Source: Squalus acanthias (Eukaryota). From it: DNA of 64,000 bases. Positions 38,495 to 52,873 of the stretch are shown in pieces. Where the stretch lies: the NCBI GenBank assembly GCA_030390025.1, contig CM059434.1, positions 127,286,001-127,350,000 of the forward strand, given 5' to 3'. The position numbers were made by a program, and so were the translations under genes. The number at the start of each line of letters is the position of its first letter. Position 1 is the stretch's first letter. Below the pieces are notes generated by a model. That model did not search any database. It saw only the letters and a list, made by a program, of their open reading frames with translations, and had not been told where the DNA came from.

Positions 38495-39198
38495 GGGGCT
38501 GAATTTGTGGTCGGATGCTTCCCGCAAACAGATGCTTCCGACCAGCAAAACAAATCTACGAACTTACCTGATGGTCCTGGGCCTGCGTAAAGGCCCACGT
38601 ATCCCAGGGGCGCAGGCGGTTCACAAGCGCCCCTGGGATCACGTGGGCCGGCCCAACCAATCAAAGAAGCGGGCTCCCCATTCATACTTATGGAGGTTCC
38701 ATTTGTACGGAACCTCCATAAGCATGAACGGGGTTGACGGAAATAGATTTAAATTTTTTTTTTTACATATTTAAAATTAATTAAAATACAATATTTAAAA
38801 CATTTAAAACAAAAGTTTATTTTTTTGAAAAATAAATTTACATATTTTAAATGGTCGAAAAATAAACTTACCTTTATTGTACATGTGTTTTAATGTTTAA
38901 TTGAATGAAAAAAATTTACTTTTATGTTTTTTAAAACTCTTAAGCTGGTAAAGCAGGCCTTACCCCTGCTTTTACCAGGCATAAAAATTTCATGGGTATT
39001 AGCTGGGCAGAAGTTGGGCAAATAGCCCAAATCTCCGCCCGTGGAGGATCTTTTCCCGGGGATGCAGAATCTTCTGAACAGATCGCAAGTTCCGGGTTTT
39101 AGCGCTTGCGTTTCGCATTCCTAAACCCGGAACTTGCGTGGCCCCTATGGGCGCATGCGCACCTTGTACACACCCATAGGGGTCGCAAATTATGGCCC
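38495..39198. mobile_element. Non-autonomous DNA transposon (Harbinger-like MITE) with GC-rich ends and an AT-rich core
   Basis: ggggctgaatttg...caaattatggccc imperfect TIRs; several internal hairpins. Confidence 0.6.
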
Positions 39199-40398
39199 AA
39201 ACTCGGTGGATCATTCCAACCAAGAATTAAAAAAAAAATCAAAATCAAAACTGCATTTGCACAACTTTGGATTTTTAGTTTCAATATTTTCCACGTAAGT
39301 TTGTGTACTTAAACCTTTCCCTGCCACTCCCCCAAAATAGTCATACTGTGATCCACTGCATCTTCTAAGATTGCTACTTTCTAGATCACACATGAGCAGG
39401 TTGACTATCCCTTTTTATTTTCCTCATTTGTTTATCTCCCTGGAAATAGTTCACATGAATCCATGCCTGACCTTCCTCTTGCTCAGCATGTGCTTGTGCT
39501 TATCCACTGTGGCACTAGGACAGCAGCATTTACTCAGTGGCATTGACAAGATAGGAAGATTGGAATTTGAAAAGTAATGGTTGAAATTTTGGTCATACCA
39601 TTATGGAATAGTTGTGACCATCTAACCTCTTGGTCCTTTTTTGGCTGCCAAATTTAGTGTTTTATGAGATGGCTTGACTCTGTTTACCCTACTTTTCAGT
39701 TCCTTCCACAAGTATGGCGTACAAGAACAATGAAGGGGGTAACTTTAATACCAGTTTTAGAGTAGAGGCAGTGTACTCGCCCACGAGGCAGGGTCAAGCC
39801 TTTGCTTCATGCCTCCCTCAGACATCATCAAGAATGACAACTTTAGCAAACAGGAAGTACCCCAAATCGTATCGATCTTTGGTGGTGTGTTGGAATACCA
39901 ATGGACTGCACTTCCTGGGATCGTGGCGTTTAAACCACCTAATTGAATTGCAGTCTTCCAAGTTGAAAAGTACATTTTAATTTCCCTGATCCATACATTC
40001 ATGATTGCTGTGGATATTTAGCTGGCAATGCAGGCTAAACATTGTTATGCAGCGATCTTTACTGATTACTCTGATCTTGATATTTGAGGGATGTAGTAAA
40101 TGGTATATTTGTTGAATTATTTTGTGCAAGTACCAGTAATATTCTACACTTGTGGATTGCGCCAGAAACAGAACCTATTTCAAAATGCATTACCTGTACA
40201 GTGAGAATTCTCCACTGATAAGTTCTCATTAGTGTGGGTTTGTGCTATACGTTTTGTGGTACTTCCTTATGCACTTCAGTCTCTTATTGCATGCAAATGA
40301 AATCTTTTGTTTGAAAACCATAAGGCTTATTTGTGTGTGTTTTCATTAGGGCTACGATTTCCAGGTGAAAAATATCCACAGCATTCCCTTCATAATAA

Positions 40399-40578
<180 letters not shown>

Positions 40579-40754
40579 TAACATATTGTACTCCCAGAGC
40601 CTTTGCCTCACGTATCCAGTCAGGAGATCTGCTGAAAGCAACTATGAAGATGAGTGGAATAATTTTGAACCTAAAGAATAATCTGACGTGTGCCCTGTCG
40701 TCATAACCTTGTTAGAAATAGGAAAAAAGCCACTAGAGCCAACAAAAATGCTTC

Positions 40755-40985
40755 TTCCAGGAAGAGTTTTTTGGTGTCCTGGCCAAAACTCTTCCTTCAA
40801 CGAAGGCCACTGAAAATAGATTAACTTGCATTCATCTGACTTGTTACTTTTGGGACCTTGTGTGCAAAATGGCTGCCATCTTTACCCAAGTAACAGTAAC
40901 TGCACAGTGTAGTTCTTCATATATGAAGCATTTTGGACCATTTGAAAGACTTGAAAAGAGTCCTTATTTAAAGAGTTTTTTCTTC
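40755..40985 (+). mobile_element. Decayed Deu SINE 3' part
   Basis: ggtgtcctggccaaa...tgtgcaaaatggctgcc. Confidence 0.55.
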
Positions 40986-41060
40986 AAAATTCTGTTTTTA
41001 ACACATTAAATTAGTTTCTTCTTTCCCTGCAAATGGATTAGTTTCCCTCTCTTTCTCCCC

Positions 41061-41092
<32 letters not shown>

Positions 41093-41293
41093 TTGTTAAA
41101 ATGTTTTTAAAATCCCAGTGGTGCATTTCCGACTGCCCTAGATCCACAAATGTAGAAATCCTGGATTTTCGGCTAGCAGGCCTTGATCAGATGTGGTAAT
41201 GGGAAAAAGCCTTTGAAAGTAAGGTATTAAGTAGTGGGAACAGGATGTATTTTTTTAGAAAGTCTAAATAATGGAGATGGCAGAGTGACTGAT

Positions 41294-41731
41294 GGGTAAC
41301 ACGGTGGCATAGTGGTTAGCACTGGTGCCTCACAGCGCCAGGGACCCGGGTTCGAATCTGACCTCGGGTGACTGTCTGTGTGGAGTTTGCACATTCTCCC
41401 CGTGTCTGCGTGGGTTTCATCCGGGTGCTCCGGTTTCCTCCCACAGTCCAAAAATGTGCGGGTTAGGTTGATTTGGCTATGATAAATTGACCCTTAGTGT
41501 TAGGGGGGGATTAAATATGTGGGGTTATGGGGATAGGATGGGATATGTTAGGGGGAATTAAATACGTGGGGTTACGGGGGTAGGGTGGGATATGTGTACT
41601 GTGGGGATTAAAGCAGGGACAGGGTACTGGATTTGAATGATCAGCCATGATCGTATTGAATGGTGGAGCAGGCTCGACGGGCCGAATGGCCTACTCCTGC
41701 TCCTAGATTCTATGTTTCTATGTTTCTATGT
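41294..41731 (+). mobile_element. HE1-type V-SINE (tRNA head, V domain, HER1/CR1 tail)
   Basis: A box tggcatagtgg, B box ggttcgaatc, tgtggagtttgcacattctccccgtgtctgcgtgggtttc V domain, (tatgtttc)n tail. Confidence 0.88.
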
Positions 41732-42519
41732 AACAGAAAACGAGAAGTTAAAAGCAACGTAAAAAAGGCTGAATTTGAAATGTTTAACTTTGAAGTAGAT
41801 GTGCTGGCAGTGTCAGCACAGCAGTGAAACTGGTACATAATTGTTTTTCCCTTTTCTAGTTTTCCCATATTTTATCACTTCTTACAAGTTGAAGTACATG
41901 GAAAAACCATGCGTTCTGAAATATATAAAAAAAAAACGAAAGTCCTGGAAATACGTAGTCAGCCTCTGAAAGAGATTAGACACTTTTCCATTAGAGCCAG
42001 GGTTCTGAGAGAGCTGCACTCGAGCAGAGCTGCGTGATTTCTGAGCATCTGTCTGCCTCCTGTGTTTTGTTGGTTTGCTCTGTTGGGTCACGCCTGCAGA
42101 GCTTGTACTGTGTTAACTGTTTAACACTAATAGGTACCAAATTATTCCACCTGTCTGGGTCGGGAGCTCGGAATGTACAGGATTTGAAAAGACCTTTGAG
42201 GTCCCAGTGAGACTGAACATATTAAATATGATTACTGGGAAAGTGATAGTAAACTTGTACCTATTAAATGTGTTCGCAGTAGGGCTACAAATGTGTAGCG
42301 ACACAGCAACTTGTGCGTCATCACTGTATGTGAGGTCACAGTGGTCTCAAAACAGGCGCCTTGGCCGATGAACAAGCCCATCATCACCTTGTGACCAACA
42401 TTGAATAGATTAATACTTAGTTTTTATTATTAATGTTATGGCCTATTCGCTTCACTCTTAAAGGGGCAGTGTCATCATGAAAATGGTTTTTGCCAAACAA
42501 GTTTTTCCTCTTTCAATTT

Positions 42520-42910
42520 GCTCTCCTCCATTCCTGAAGGGACTGACAGATGCTGGCATGTGGCTCTACAGGCACTGGCCAACATTCAGTACCTCTCCTC
42601 AGTGACCATGCTTTATTTGTGATCCTCAACACCCAGGATCTCGCAGGGAGCACTACAGCTGAGGCTGTTGCCATTCTTGCCTCATATCTGCATATGTGTG
42701 TGCTTCTGCAGATGTCGCAGCACAGCTGGAGTTGGAAGTGGTTGATTTACTTCTCTTCCTCCACCGCCCCTCTTTCCAGCTTAGGGACCCTGCAGCTCTG
42801 GCTGACATCAGTGAACTGCGCACAGACTGGGGTCAGACCTGGGACCTCCGAGATTATATGGCTCAATTCCACACTGGACAGTGAATTGTTACAACTGAAC
42901 CATCAGTAGA
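42520..42910 (-). mobile_element. Old SINE-like family; related copies near 4550-4830, 5550-5880, 19840-20190, 29400-29750, 49000-49330 and, on the + strand, 50290-50570
   Basis: Shared degenerate blocks (cctgaagg..ctgac, gctgacatcag....cgcacagac..ggg); family not named with confidence. Confidence 0.45.
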
Positions 42911-44179
42911 AACAATAAATTTTGTTTGGGAGGGAAGAACAGCCATATTTTTTTTTCGAAGCATGTATTTCATATGATGTATTTCAAAGCAATTTACATC
43001 TTTGTCCCTTTGCAAACAGAGGATATGTCAAGCACTTCTACCCTTGCAAATAGAGCTCCTTCAAATGACCCGGTCTGCTTAATCAACTCTGCTTGCTTGC
43101 ACACAACTGGCTTTGTGCCTACTGGAGTCAGCAGTTGCAAGGCTGAGCTTTAGTACTAAACTCACAAAGGAGAATCGTCAATTTAAAATTCAGTCCAGAA
43201 AATCCAATTATCTTTGAAAAGAGGCAATCCCCTCCGATTTCAACAAAGCTAAAAACTTTTGCAGTTCAGTGTGTTTGCTCCATCAGGTGTGTCGGAGCAG
43301 CCTTTTGCTGCCATGCACTTTGCAGCAGGAGTCAGAGTCACCGGGTAGCTTTGTGGACTTCATTCTGTCAAAGCGGACTGTGATGCCTCCAGCAAGTTAA
43401 TGCAGCTTAATTCACTTCCTGTGAAGTGGAATGAAACCAGAGCCAAAACCCTTTCAAAGGTAATTGCTCAAACACTTCAGCTGCGTTCACAGGGATGTCC
43501 TAATGGAAACAGACACAAATGAGCATTTTTGTATTTCTAAATAGGGATGGTCTGTCTTATTGACAGGGCAGCAGAATCAAATTATTATAAATAGTTCTAA
43601 GAAGGGCTAAAAGCACCTTAAATAATGGAGCAGCGCTCATCCAGCTCGAGCTGTAGGATTACAGCTCTATATTAAATATATGGGTACAGCAAGTTGATAT
43701 AATGTGCTTCCCATTCAGTGACTGACTGCAGAGGCACAGCAATCTGATAACTGGAGTTCCTGAAGGAGGGACTGCAGTACAGCTGAGTGCATCGTTTAGC
43801 AATCTACCACTGACCTGTCCCATATCTTCTGATTAGTGTACACAATGAGTGCCCATTGTGTATTATCCTCTGCCTCTGAAGTATTGACATACAGCCTATA
43901 TTTTACCTACAATTATCGAAACCATTAAGCAGTGTTGCGGCTGGTCATTCAGACCTTGCATACGCCTAACTCTGACACGAGATTACGGATAGCTGGGAAT
44001 GAATTACAAGGCTGCAATTCGCAGCTGGGGGTTTAGATGATATGAGAACCACAAGGGTGAAGTTTGTGTGGTTTATGAATATAATGGTACTGTAAACAAA
44101 TTGTAGCTCTTTTTGGAATTTAAAAAAAATCTTAAGCTAAAAATATATAGTTTCTCTGAAGCTTCTCTCTCTCTTCAGA

Positions 44180-44495
44180 GGTGTTTAAAATCATGAAGGG
44201 ATTTGATGGAGTAAATAGGGAGACAATGTTTCCACTGGCAGGAGGGTCGGTAACCAGAGAACACAGATTTAAAGTAAATGGCAAAAGTGCCAGAGGGGAG
44301 ATGAGATATCTTTTTATGCAGCGAGTTATGATGATCTGGAATGTACTGCCTGAAAGGGTAGTGGCAGCAGATTCAATAGTAACTTGCAAAAGGGTATTGG
44401 ATAACTATTGAAGGGGAAATATTTGCAGGGGAGTGGGACCAAAGAACCAGCACAGTCACGATGCGCCGAATGGCCGCCTTCAGTGCTGTATTCTA
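44180..44495 (+). mobile_element. CR1 3' end fragment
   Basis: VFKIMKGFDGVNRETMFPL...TREHRFKV...RV..IWN.LPE.VV.ADS. Confidence 0.8.
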
Positions 44496-45882
44496 CGCAT
44501 CCTCCCCTCTGGGTTGGCCTTGTGTTTGCCGCCAGTTTAACTGCAGTGTTTCAGGCAGCGTGTGAGACCCTGGTCATGGTGGAGTTCTGTGATGTAAATA
44601 GGACCCTGACATGATTTTAACGTGTAATCCTGCGGCCCATGCCGGGCTTGCTGGCTGCAGGCAGGAGCAGGCTTAGTAAAGGACTTGGGTTGTAGGTTTA
44701 AAATTAAAAAAAAAAAATAATTTAAAGGTTTCCTTGCAGGCTAGGAGGAGCAAGCGGGGGTGTTCGACTTCTCCTGCCCTGGAATTCCCACACTCCCTCC
44801 CCAACTGTGCTCGACTCCGGACACCCCCGTTCTCTTTCTTTCTCCCACGTCCTCGATGTACTTACCCGACTGCCGGGAGGCTGGTTTTTTTAATTGTTTG
44901 TTCCTAAGATGTGGGCGTCGCTGGCGAAGCCAGCATTTATTGCCCATTCCTAATTCTCACGGATCCCCCAGCAATGGCTGCCCGCCGTCCAGAATCTCGG
45001 CCACTGGGCAGGTGCTGATCCCTGCCAGGATTGTCCAGGTGATGAAGCCAGGGAGTTCTCCACCACGGTCTGGTCACTAACTTCTTTGAGATGTCCCGAC
45101 TCTTTCCTGTTTTCGATTACTGTTACCCACTCTGAAATTTCTTTTCAAAATCAGAAGAAATGGTCATTTGTTAGCCATCTTCCCACTGCAGTTCGTTTCA
45201 TGTCTGAAGTCCCAAGAATACACTGGTATGTTATAAGGGATATTGATACCAATCTTGTAATTGGCTCTAGTCAACAGGGACTTCAACTCCAAAAAGTATG
45301 AACAGCTGCACAGTGTATTGGTGAGGGGGGTGCGAGTAACAAGTCGAATTTTTTTTCCTAGGGGGTTGGGGGGGAGTTATGTGGGGTGCTGGTGACTGTT
45401 TACAAATATTCAGTGACTGAACTGGATAGGTGACTTCCTCGCAGTAAATGATTTGTGGTCTTGTTGCACTACCACAGGTACCCCTCAGGGGAAGGTACTT
45501 GGCCTCCATTCTGTTAATAGTGGCTGTCTTCAAAACTGATGGTGTTCTTTTGCTGATGAAACCACTCTCTCCAGAGTTCTTAACTCCCTATCTGAAGTGT
45601 GATTGATTACTGAATCGCTGCAGACAGGTAGATGAAGTGGGAGGGAGGGCAGACAAACGGTGAGCTGCCTTCAATGATGAAAAGACCAAGCAGTAACTCT
45701 GATAGATTGGTCGTAACATTGCTATTCCCATCAGGGTTTCAAATTCTCTTCATTATAAACACTCGGCTTAGCTTGATGACTGCACATCGATTCATACCAG
45801 TGAATTTGCTGCAAAAGTTAATCCTCAAGAAGGCCTCGCCTTACTTGTTGATATGAGAACTTCAGTGTTCTACAAAACTTGA

Positions 45883-46051
45883 GTGTCCAGTGATAGCAGA
45901 TGGTACAAGACCACCTGTTATTCCTGGACTCTGTATGGTGCCCAGTGATGATAGCAGATGGTACAGGACCACCTGTTATTCCTGGACTCTGTATGGTGCC
46001 CAGTGATGATAGCAGATGGTACAGGACCACCTGTCATTCCCGGACTCTGTA
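45883..46051 (+). repeat. 58-bp minisatellite, ~2.9 copies
   Basis: atggtac recurs at 45900, 45958 and 46016. Confidence 0.93.
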
Positions 46052-48387
46052 CAGTTCAGATCTATGCAGACCACTAGACACGGTGGCCTACTCCGTGACG
46101 ATGTCCATACTTCACCGGAGAGATGTGGCTCTGCTGTTAGATGTCTACAAATCTAACCACAACAACACCACACAAGTTAGACCACAGCCTCGTGTGAATC
46201 CGGAAACGAGAGATGCTGCACCTCAACATTTTCAGTCAACTTAAGTTTGTGCAAAATACCAACGTCTCACACGCCTCTTCTCCTGCCTATGGAGCTATCA
46301 TCCAGACAGTGCCTCTGACCTTCTGCAAATAAGGAACACAGTTCCAGATAATGACAAAGTTAACTATTTCTTGCTGAGCGAGGGTTGCTGCAATGTATAT
46401 GGGATTTCTGACCTGCCCTAGCACTGTTTCTCCAAGTATTTTTATGCTTCCATTAGCCAGCAGGGTCCACATTGTGAGAACCTGTTCTTGGTTACATCTG
46501 TTTTCAAATGCACCCTTTTATGACACTTTTTTGCATATCCCCTTCCAAAGAAAATGCTTTCATATTTTTTATTACTGGCGTGTAACTCTGGAAATATCCT
46601 GAGTTTCTTCTAGTGCCAGAAGTGGAGTACTGCAGCAACAGTTTCCTTATTTTCCATTAATCTATTCTACAGCCTTTGGTTCCATCCTAGGTCCAATCAT
46701 TAAAAAAGGTGATAGAACAATGCAGCATATTGGAAGTTCCTTTACCCTGCTCTTGCCTGCTGTTAGATGCTGTATGTGACAGACATGGGTTTCATTATAT
46801 ACTGTGTTGTAAAAATATTCCTGTATCATACCTTTTCATATGAATATTTAGTGGATCTAGAATGGACTGTAGCCAGTGGTTCTGTAGGGGAAGCTTATTG
46901 TTCCTAGAGCTTGGCATGTGCAGTGTAGTTGTCTGATTTGTAGCTCCAGTAACCTTTGAACTTGAACCAAATTATGGCTCTTTGGAAGGACAATGGGTAA
47001 TTTATTTGTAGATTCCAGTCCGGTGGCCAAGAATGCAAGCTTGTTGTTAACTCTGACTGAACCATCAGAAAATGAGTTGTTGTTCTTCAGAGCGCAGGTC
47101 AGGTGTTTTGATTTGAAAATCAGTCAGGTTCTGGATAGCTCTTGCCAGGACCAGTCTGATTATGCCTCATCAGGGCATTAATTGAGGTGAGCTGTTCAAA
47201 TAGTCCTATGTTCAAAATGTATTTGGTCTGGCTTGATTTGCAAATTTATGTTCCGATGCGCCTCTGTCCGGGATAACTTTAACAAGGTGTTGACCATCTC
47301 CTTATTTTATTCAGCCCAACTTTATTTCTATGTTATGGTGATGAGGTGTAACTCAGTGGAACTAAAGCATCCCATGTTACATTCATCTAAGATTTAGTTA
47401 AAGGAATCTGAAAGAGAATTCTGAATCTTGAAATGCTTTATTATTTTGATTTCATAAACTTTGAAATATCATGATCCAAATTAGGCGCTGAGACATTCAT
47501 CTACTGATTTATCTTGCGTCTGTATAAGTTTACATATTGTAATAAATTAAATTTGTAGCATTAACCTGAAGAATATCTTTATCAGCATAGTGGTTTTTCT
47601 ACCTTGAAGCAATCGGGAAGCTAAAGTGCGGATCCTCCATGTCTTTCAGTACAAAATAACTGAGTAATTGTAATCCTGCGACATGCTAATACATTCATTC
47701 CATACGTGAGTTTTATAATTTTCTCATCATTGAGGTATAAGCCTGCCTCTGGAAACTGCCTTTTCACTTTCAGCGCGTATAAAGTGCTTTGGGGAGAAAG
47801 TGAGAATTGGAATCCTGCATATAGAACAGTTATTTTCCCTTGGGATGGAAAATCCGAGGATTAGAGGCTAGTTGCGAAGTAACCGCAATAAAGGCCTAGG
47901 AGCCAGTCTCCAGGAATATCTTTGTAATTGGTGCGTGACTTTGGGAAGGAATAACTGATGAAAAAAGAACACTTTCAAAAATCTATTTAAATGTGCCGCC
48001 TTCTACTCTTTTGCCCCTTCACCCTTTCTCAACTTTGATTCCGCAGTGTTAGATGGCAGTACATTTGTGAGAATTAATACTAGCTCAGATGCCAGTTCAC
48101 TGTATCAAATAATTGTCCTGCTTCTTTAATGATTGCCCTGCACATTTGGTAGAATGGGAAAATCTGGAATACAACTGGGTATTTCAAGAATAAGCATCAT
48201 CTGGTTTATGTGATCCCCCCCCCCCCCAACATGACCTACATGTTCTGAAGCTAAATCAAAAGGTAGGATACAAACCTATCTGGTGCAAACTTTTGAGCAA
48301 GAGGTTCAGGCTCTTTTGCAGATAATGTATGTTGCTTTTTAGAACGTTGACCCGGTGTTTTGCATTTTTACTGTGTGCATCAAATGA

Positions 48388-48585
<198 letters not shown>

Positions 48586-49922
48586 TAATACACTGAGGTC
48601 ATAGGGCACAACACTTAACTACCACTGGGGGCTTGGGATAAAATTGTGCCTGCGGATGAGTGATAAAAGTTTAGCTGTTACGCGTTCTTGTTGATCCCCA
48701 GCTGTTCTTGGTTGCTTAGTCTGATCTGATGTAGGGACACGTGAAAAAGAGGTTTTCTTTTTACTAAAATTTCCTAAGCTGTGCTTCATTGAGCTTTATG
48801 TGCACAGTTCTTAGCCAGAAATATTTGAAACTTGCAGAGCTGAGAGATGTAGTTATGATTAAAAGATGCATTTTCCTTCTGGGCTCATCTTTAATTTTAT
48901 CCGACCCCTCCATGTTCTCCTCTTGATGATTCATGCTCGGGTATGGTTCTGCGTGCAGCAACAAGCTTCCGATACCTTGCCCAGGTGGTCATTCTTTACT
49001 GGTAAGAAGCTATCGAGCAAATGCGGTCACTTGGCCATGATGGTGGTGGGTGAGAAGGACGGAAGGACATCACATCCAAGCCCAAATCTGCCCAGACGTG
49101 CATAGCTTGCAACAGCAGTTACTTGGATAGTGACCAGGAGCAGAAGTATTGGACTAACATTACTCCCATTGCCCATCGACCCCGCACCCACCGCCCTTCC
49201 TTCCCCAAATCTTATGGATGCTTTATTTAATAATTGTGCATCCACTGCTTCCCTGAGATCCGCACAGACCAGAGATCGAGTCTGGATCATTTCTGGTCTG
49301 CGTGGCTATGTACGGCACCAAATGTTACATTTATTTGTTGAGAACCAATGGATGCAAGTCTTAATTTTTTTCCAGCTTTCCTATATGTTGATAATTAAAT
49401 GACCCAGCAGATGTTAGAAATGAGCATTGCGATTATTATAAACTGCCCTAGTATTTTGTAAGAAACATAACATCCCTTTTGTGTTATGGAGTTTGTATGG
49501 GCTGCTGGGAAATGTAGTGAAAAGTGATTTAAAAAACATTTGAACAGCAGTCAGGAACCTTTTTCCTGTGTAATTTTGTGGCGGTTTCTTCTTGGCAAGG
49601 CTCTCCTATAAGGTGGTTTCCCCTTCTTCTGGTCTCCTTGTACCTGCGAACTATCCTTGGTTGAGAGCAGGTGGCACGTGCCTGGATCCCTGGCGATGAA
49701 GCTCTGCAACTGGCCACAAGGAGGAGCAGTGAAATTGGTTTTCCCTCACACAATTGGTTCTCTTCCCCCCCCCCCCCCCCCCCCCCACCGTCCCAACCCC
49801 TTCCCAGATGGGAATACCAGGCTTCCAAACCACATTTCCCTCCACGACCGCACAGCTGAGCTTGTTAACTTGGCTTTGGGGGATTGTAAACCATTCTGTC
49901 GCACAAATGTAGTGTAATGTAA

Positions 49923-50177
<255 letters not shown>

Positions 50178-51321
50178 TAATAATTACCGCAAGTGAGGAT
50201 TAGAGGCTGCACTTTGTGCGCCATTATTCCTTTATTAAACAATTGTAAGGAGACGGCACTTTTGGATTAAATACAGTCAAATTTGCAGTTTGTGGCTTGC
50301 TAGCTGATCTCGGCCTGAGAGATAATGGGGGATTACTACAGTTGACCTCAAAGCCCGTTGACTAGAAAGGGGAGAAAGGCAGCCAGAGCTGCTGCTCATT
50401 GCTATTCAGTAATTCCTGGAAGAAAGTGCATGCATGTTGGACGTATGGTTGAGGACATATCTGGGCTTGGCTGTGAAGCCAGCATTCACTGCCCAGGTTC
50501 CAATATGAAGAATGACTACTTGGGTGAGGCAACAGAGGGCTCGTGGGCCTGAACCCCAGCAGTTTCTGTTGAATAAGGAAACTTGTTTTGCACAGTGTGC
50601 AGGAAGATCATAAAGAAAGGGATGACGGGCAGACAGCTGTAGGAAGTGGCAAAGGCGATGGTGAGCTGTTGTGGTGTTTTGGTCAGCCTGTTTATGATGA
50701 CTGACTGCAGTAGCATTTATGTCTGTCTGACCATGCTTCTGCTAACAAAATAGTATTTTGAGAATTAACTCATGAAATCTGGTAGAAAATACAACTCCTC
50801 AAGGTGTTCCAGATCGTAACCAGTATGGAAAAGGTAAATCTCACACATTACTTCAAACTGTACTGCAAGCCTGGAACGTGGGTTCAAGATAGTACGAGGC
50901 AAATTTAGGACGGATGTCTGGAAGTTCTTCATATGCAGTGATCAATACATGGAACGGACTCTCGGGTACTGGAGGTGAAAATACTGAACTTGTTTTAAGG
51001 ATGCCAGAATGGGAGGACTCGGGGCAGGGCTGTCTGTCTGGATGAACTAAAATGCCCAATGGGCTTTCCTTTTCTTGTGATCAAGCCCTGGTTTACTTTA
51101 AGTGCCCTCACTTGTGCACCTGTCTTTGAAAATACTGGTTGATCCAGCCGTGAAAGTTGTTCCCGGATCTTGGGACTTAACTTCTGGGATTGTTTCTAAA
51201 GTGATGTTAGAAATTGGCTCGATATCCAAACTTGCTGCTTAATTATGGTGAAAGAATATATTTAAATGGCCTTGAATTTTCTTGTGCAGTAAATTGAGGG
51301 ACCAAAAAAGATGGTGGTAAC

Positions 51322-51469
51322 CAATGTTCCCTTTAAGCTGCGCAGCCCTCGGGATCTCCCGCGCAGCCGGCTTTTCAATGCGAAAAACTGCGCATGCACG
51401 GTATTTTGAATGGGCTGCGCAGCCCCTTAAAGGGGTCGCGCACCCAGAAATATATAAGAGGGAACATTG
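51322..51469. mobile_element. hAT-type MITE, same family as 23624 and 26514
   Basis: TIR caatgttccc...gggaacattg; 8-bp TSD gtggtaac/gttgtaac. Confidence 0.8.
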
Positions 51470-52676
51470 GTTGTAACCTGAGCAGATATAACTGGGCTTG
51501 TTGCTGCAGTTCTTCAGTTTAGTGCTGGAGAAGTTTTACAAAATGAATGTGTGGCAAGGTTATCTGTTATATTTTGATGGTGTACTCTTGCTGTTTGGCT
51601 TGTGGCATGTATCTTTTGTTTCTGTTTTACTTTTTCTCCTGGATTTGTTTGCCTTATCCAATGCTCTTATACTGCTGCTGTTAGTTTAGGGTCTGTCATT
51701 TTCGTATTAATAGGCATGGCGTTTAGCCATCCCACTCTCTGCAGCCACTCGCTAATCTATGGTGGTTATAGAGTAGCTTCACTCTCTTGCTGAAGACTTG
51801 GGGTATGCTCTGCCTCAGCTGGGTGTGTGCCGCTCCCCTCCTCTCAACCTTCCGTTCAGTAGTGGGAACCAGACAGTGGCTTACCGCTGCACTATTTAGA
51901 GTGTATTAGACCAGTGTGTGGGGTCCAGCATGGTTGTAGAGTGTGACTGGTTTGTGCAGAGATGGTGCTTTCTGTGCAAGACTGGTTTCTGTGTATTTGG
52001 AAGTAGTTATTAACGTGTCTGTCCATTTTCCCCATTTATCAACCCAGTGGTCTTTCAGCTGAGGTAGCACATTAAGACGTCATTTGCTATTTATGGTCCT
52101 TTTTGACTAATGGCAGAATTAATAGCTGTTTGAAAGGCTGCATTTACAGTAGGGAAATAGAACACATTTGAAGTTGCGTCTCAGTTAAATGACTGATGTA
52201 CTGGGAGATATTAGCTCTGGAATTCACAATGTGTCTTTAGACTAGGTTCAGATTGTTAGAGTAATTTTGGAGTGAATTAACTACCACTATGCTGCATTTC
52301 TGTGTGAGGTTTTGCTTTCTGATTGACCCCTCTGCTACCCCATGCACCATTTTCTTGGGGCAGGGCGGATGACTGAACAGCTTGCATTCAAAATTCTGTC
52401 AGTGCCACTCTATAATCAACCGTCAGGAGATGCGCAGTGGTGATCTGGGATGACTCGTCCACAGATTTCCTTTCTTCCATCCCACTCCCTTGAAGCAGCC
52501 AGCCATCGCTTGGTGCCTCCTTTCCCTGACTACCTCCTACAGATTGGGAACTTGCCACATGTGTGCCGGCACTCGGGGCTGCTGCTGGGATTTTGTGTTG
52601 ATGTCCATTCCTTGAATCAGCCCTCCATCCCTCCATTTACTGTGACCTACTAATGTCTGTGCTTTCTTTTTTGTTG

Positions 52677-52873
52677 AGTCGCACAACACCAGGTTATAGT
52701 CCAACAGCTTTATTTGAAATCACAAGCTTTCGGAGCGGCTGCTCCTTCGTCAGGTGAATGAGCAGCAGCTCTGAAAGCTTGTGATTTCAAATAAAGCTGT
52801 TGGACTATAACCTGGTGTTGTGCGACTTCTCACTTTTGTCCACCCCAGTCCAACACCGGCATCTCCGCATCAT
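52677..52873. mobile_element. Miniature inverted Penelope terminal-repeat insertion with TSD
   Basis: Left arm from 52677 pairs with 52760-52827; same tail (gtccaccccagtccaacaccggcatctccgcatcat) as 33221-33256; tcttttttgttg at 52665-52676 and 52874-52885. Confidence 0.9.
52720..52757 (-). ncRNA. Minimal hammerhead ribozyme motif in the mini-Penelope
   Basis: Minus strand reads UCAC-CUGACGA-A-GGAGC agcc GCUCC-GAA-AGCU-U-GUGA. Confidence 0.82.

Noticed and set aside
41057-41091. Long poly-C followed by poly-A (similar C runs near 5700, 48220, 49770 and 52920)
   Set aside because: Simple homopolymers of unreliable length with no further structure.
41294-41370. tRNA gene
   Set aside because: The A and B boxes belong to a SINE head that continues into a V domain and a LINE-derived tail.
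45883-46051. CRISPR-like array
   Set aside because: Head-to-tail units without unique spacers, in a vertebrate intron.
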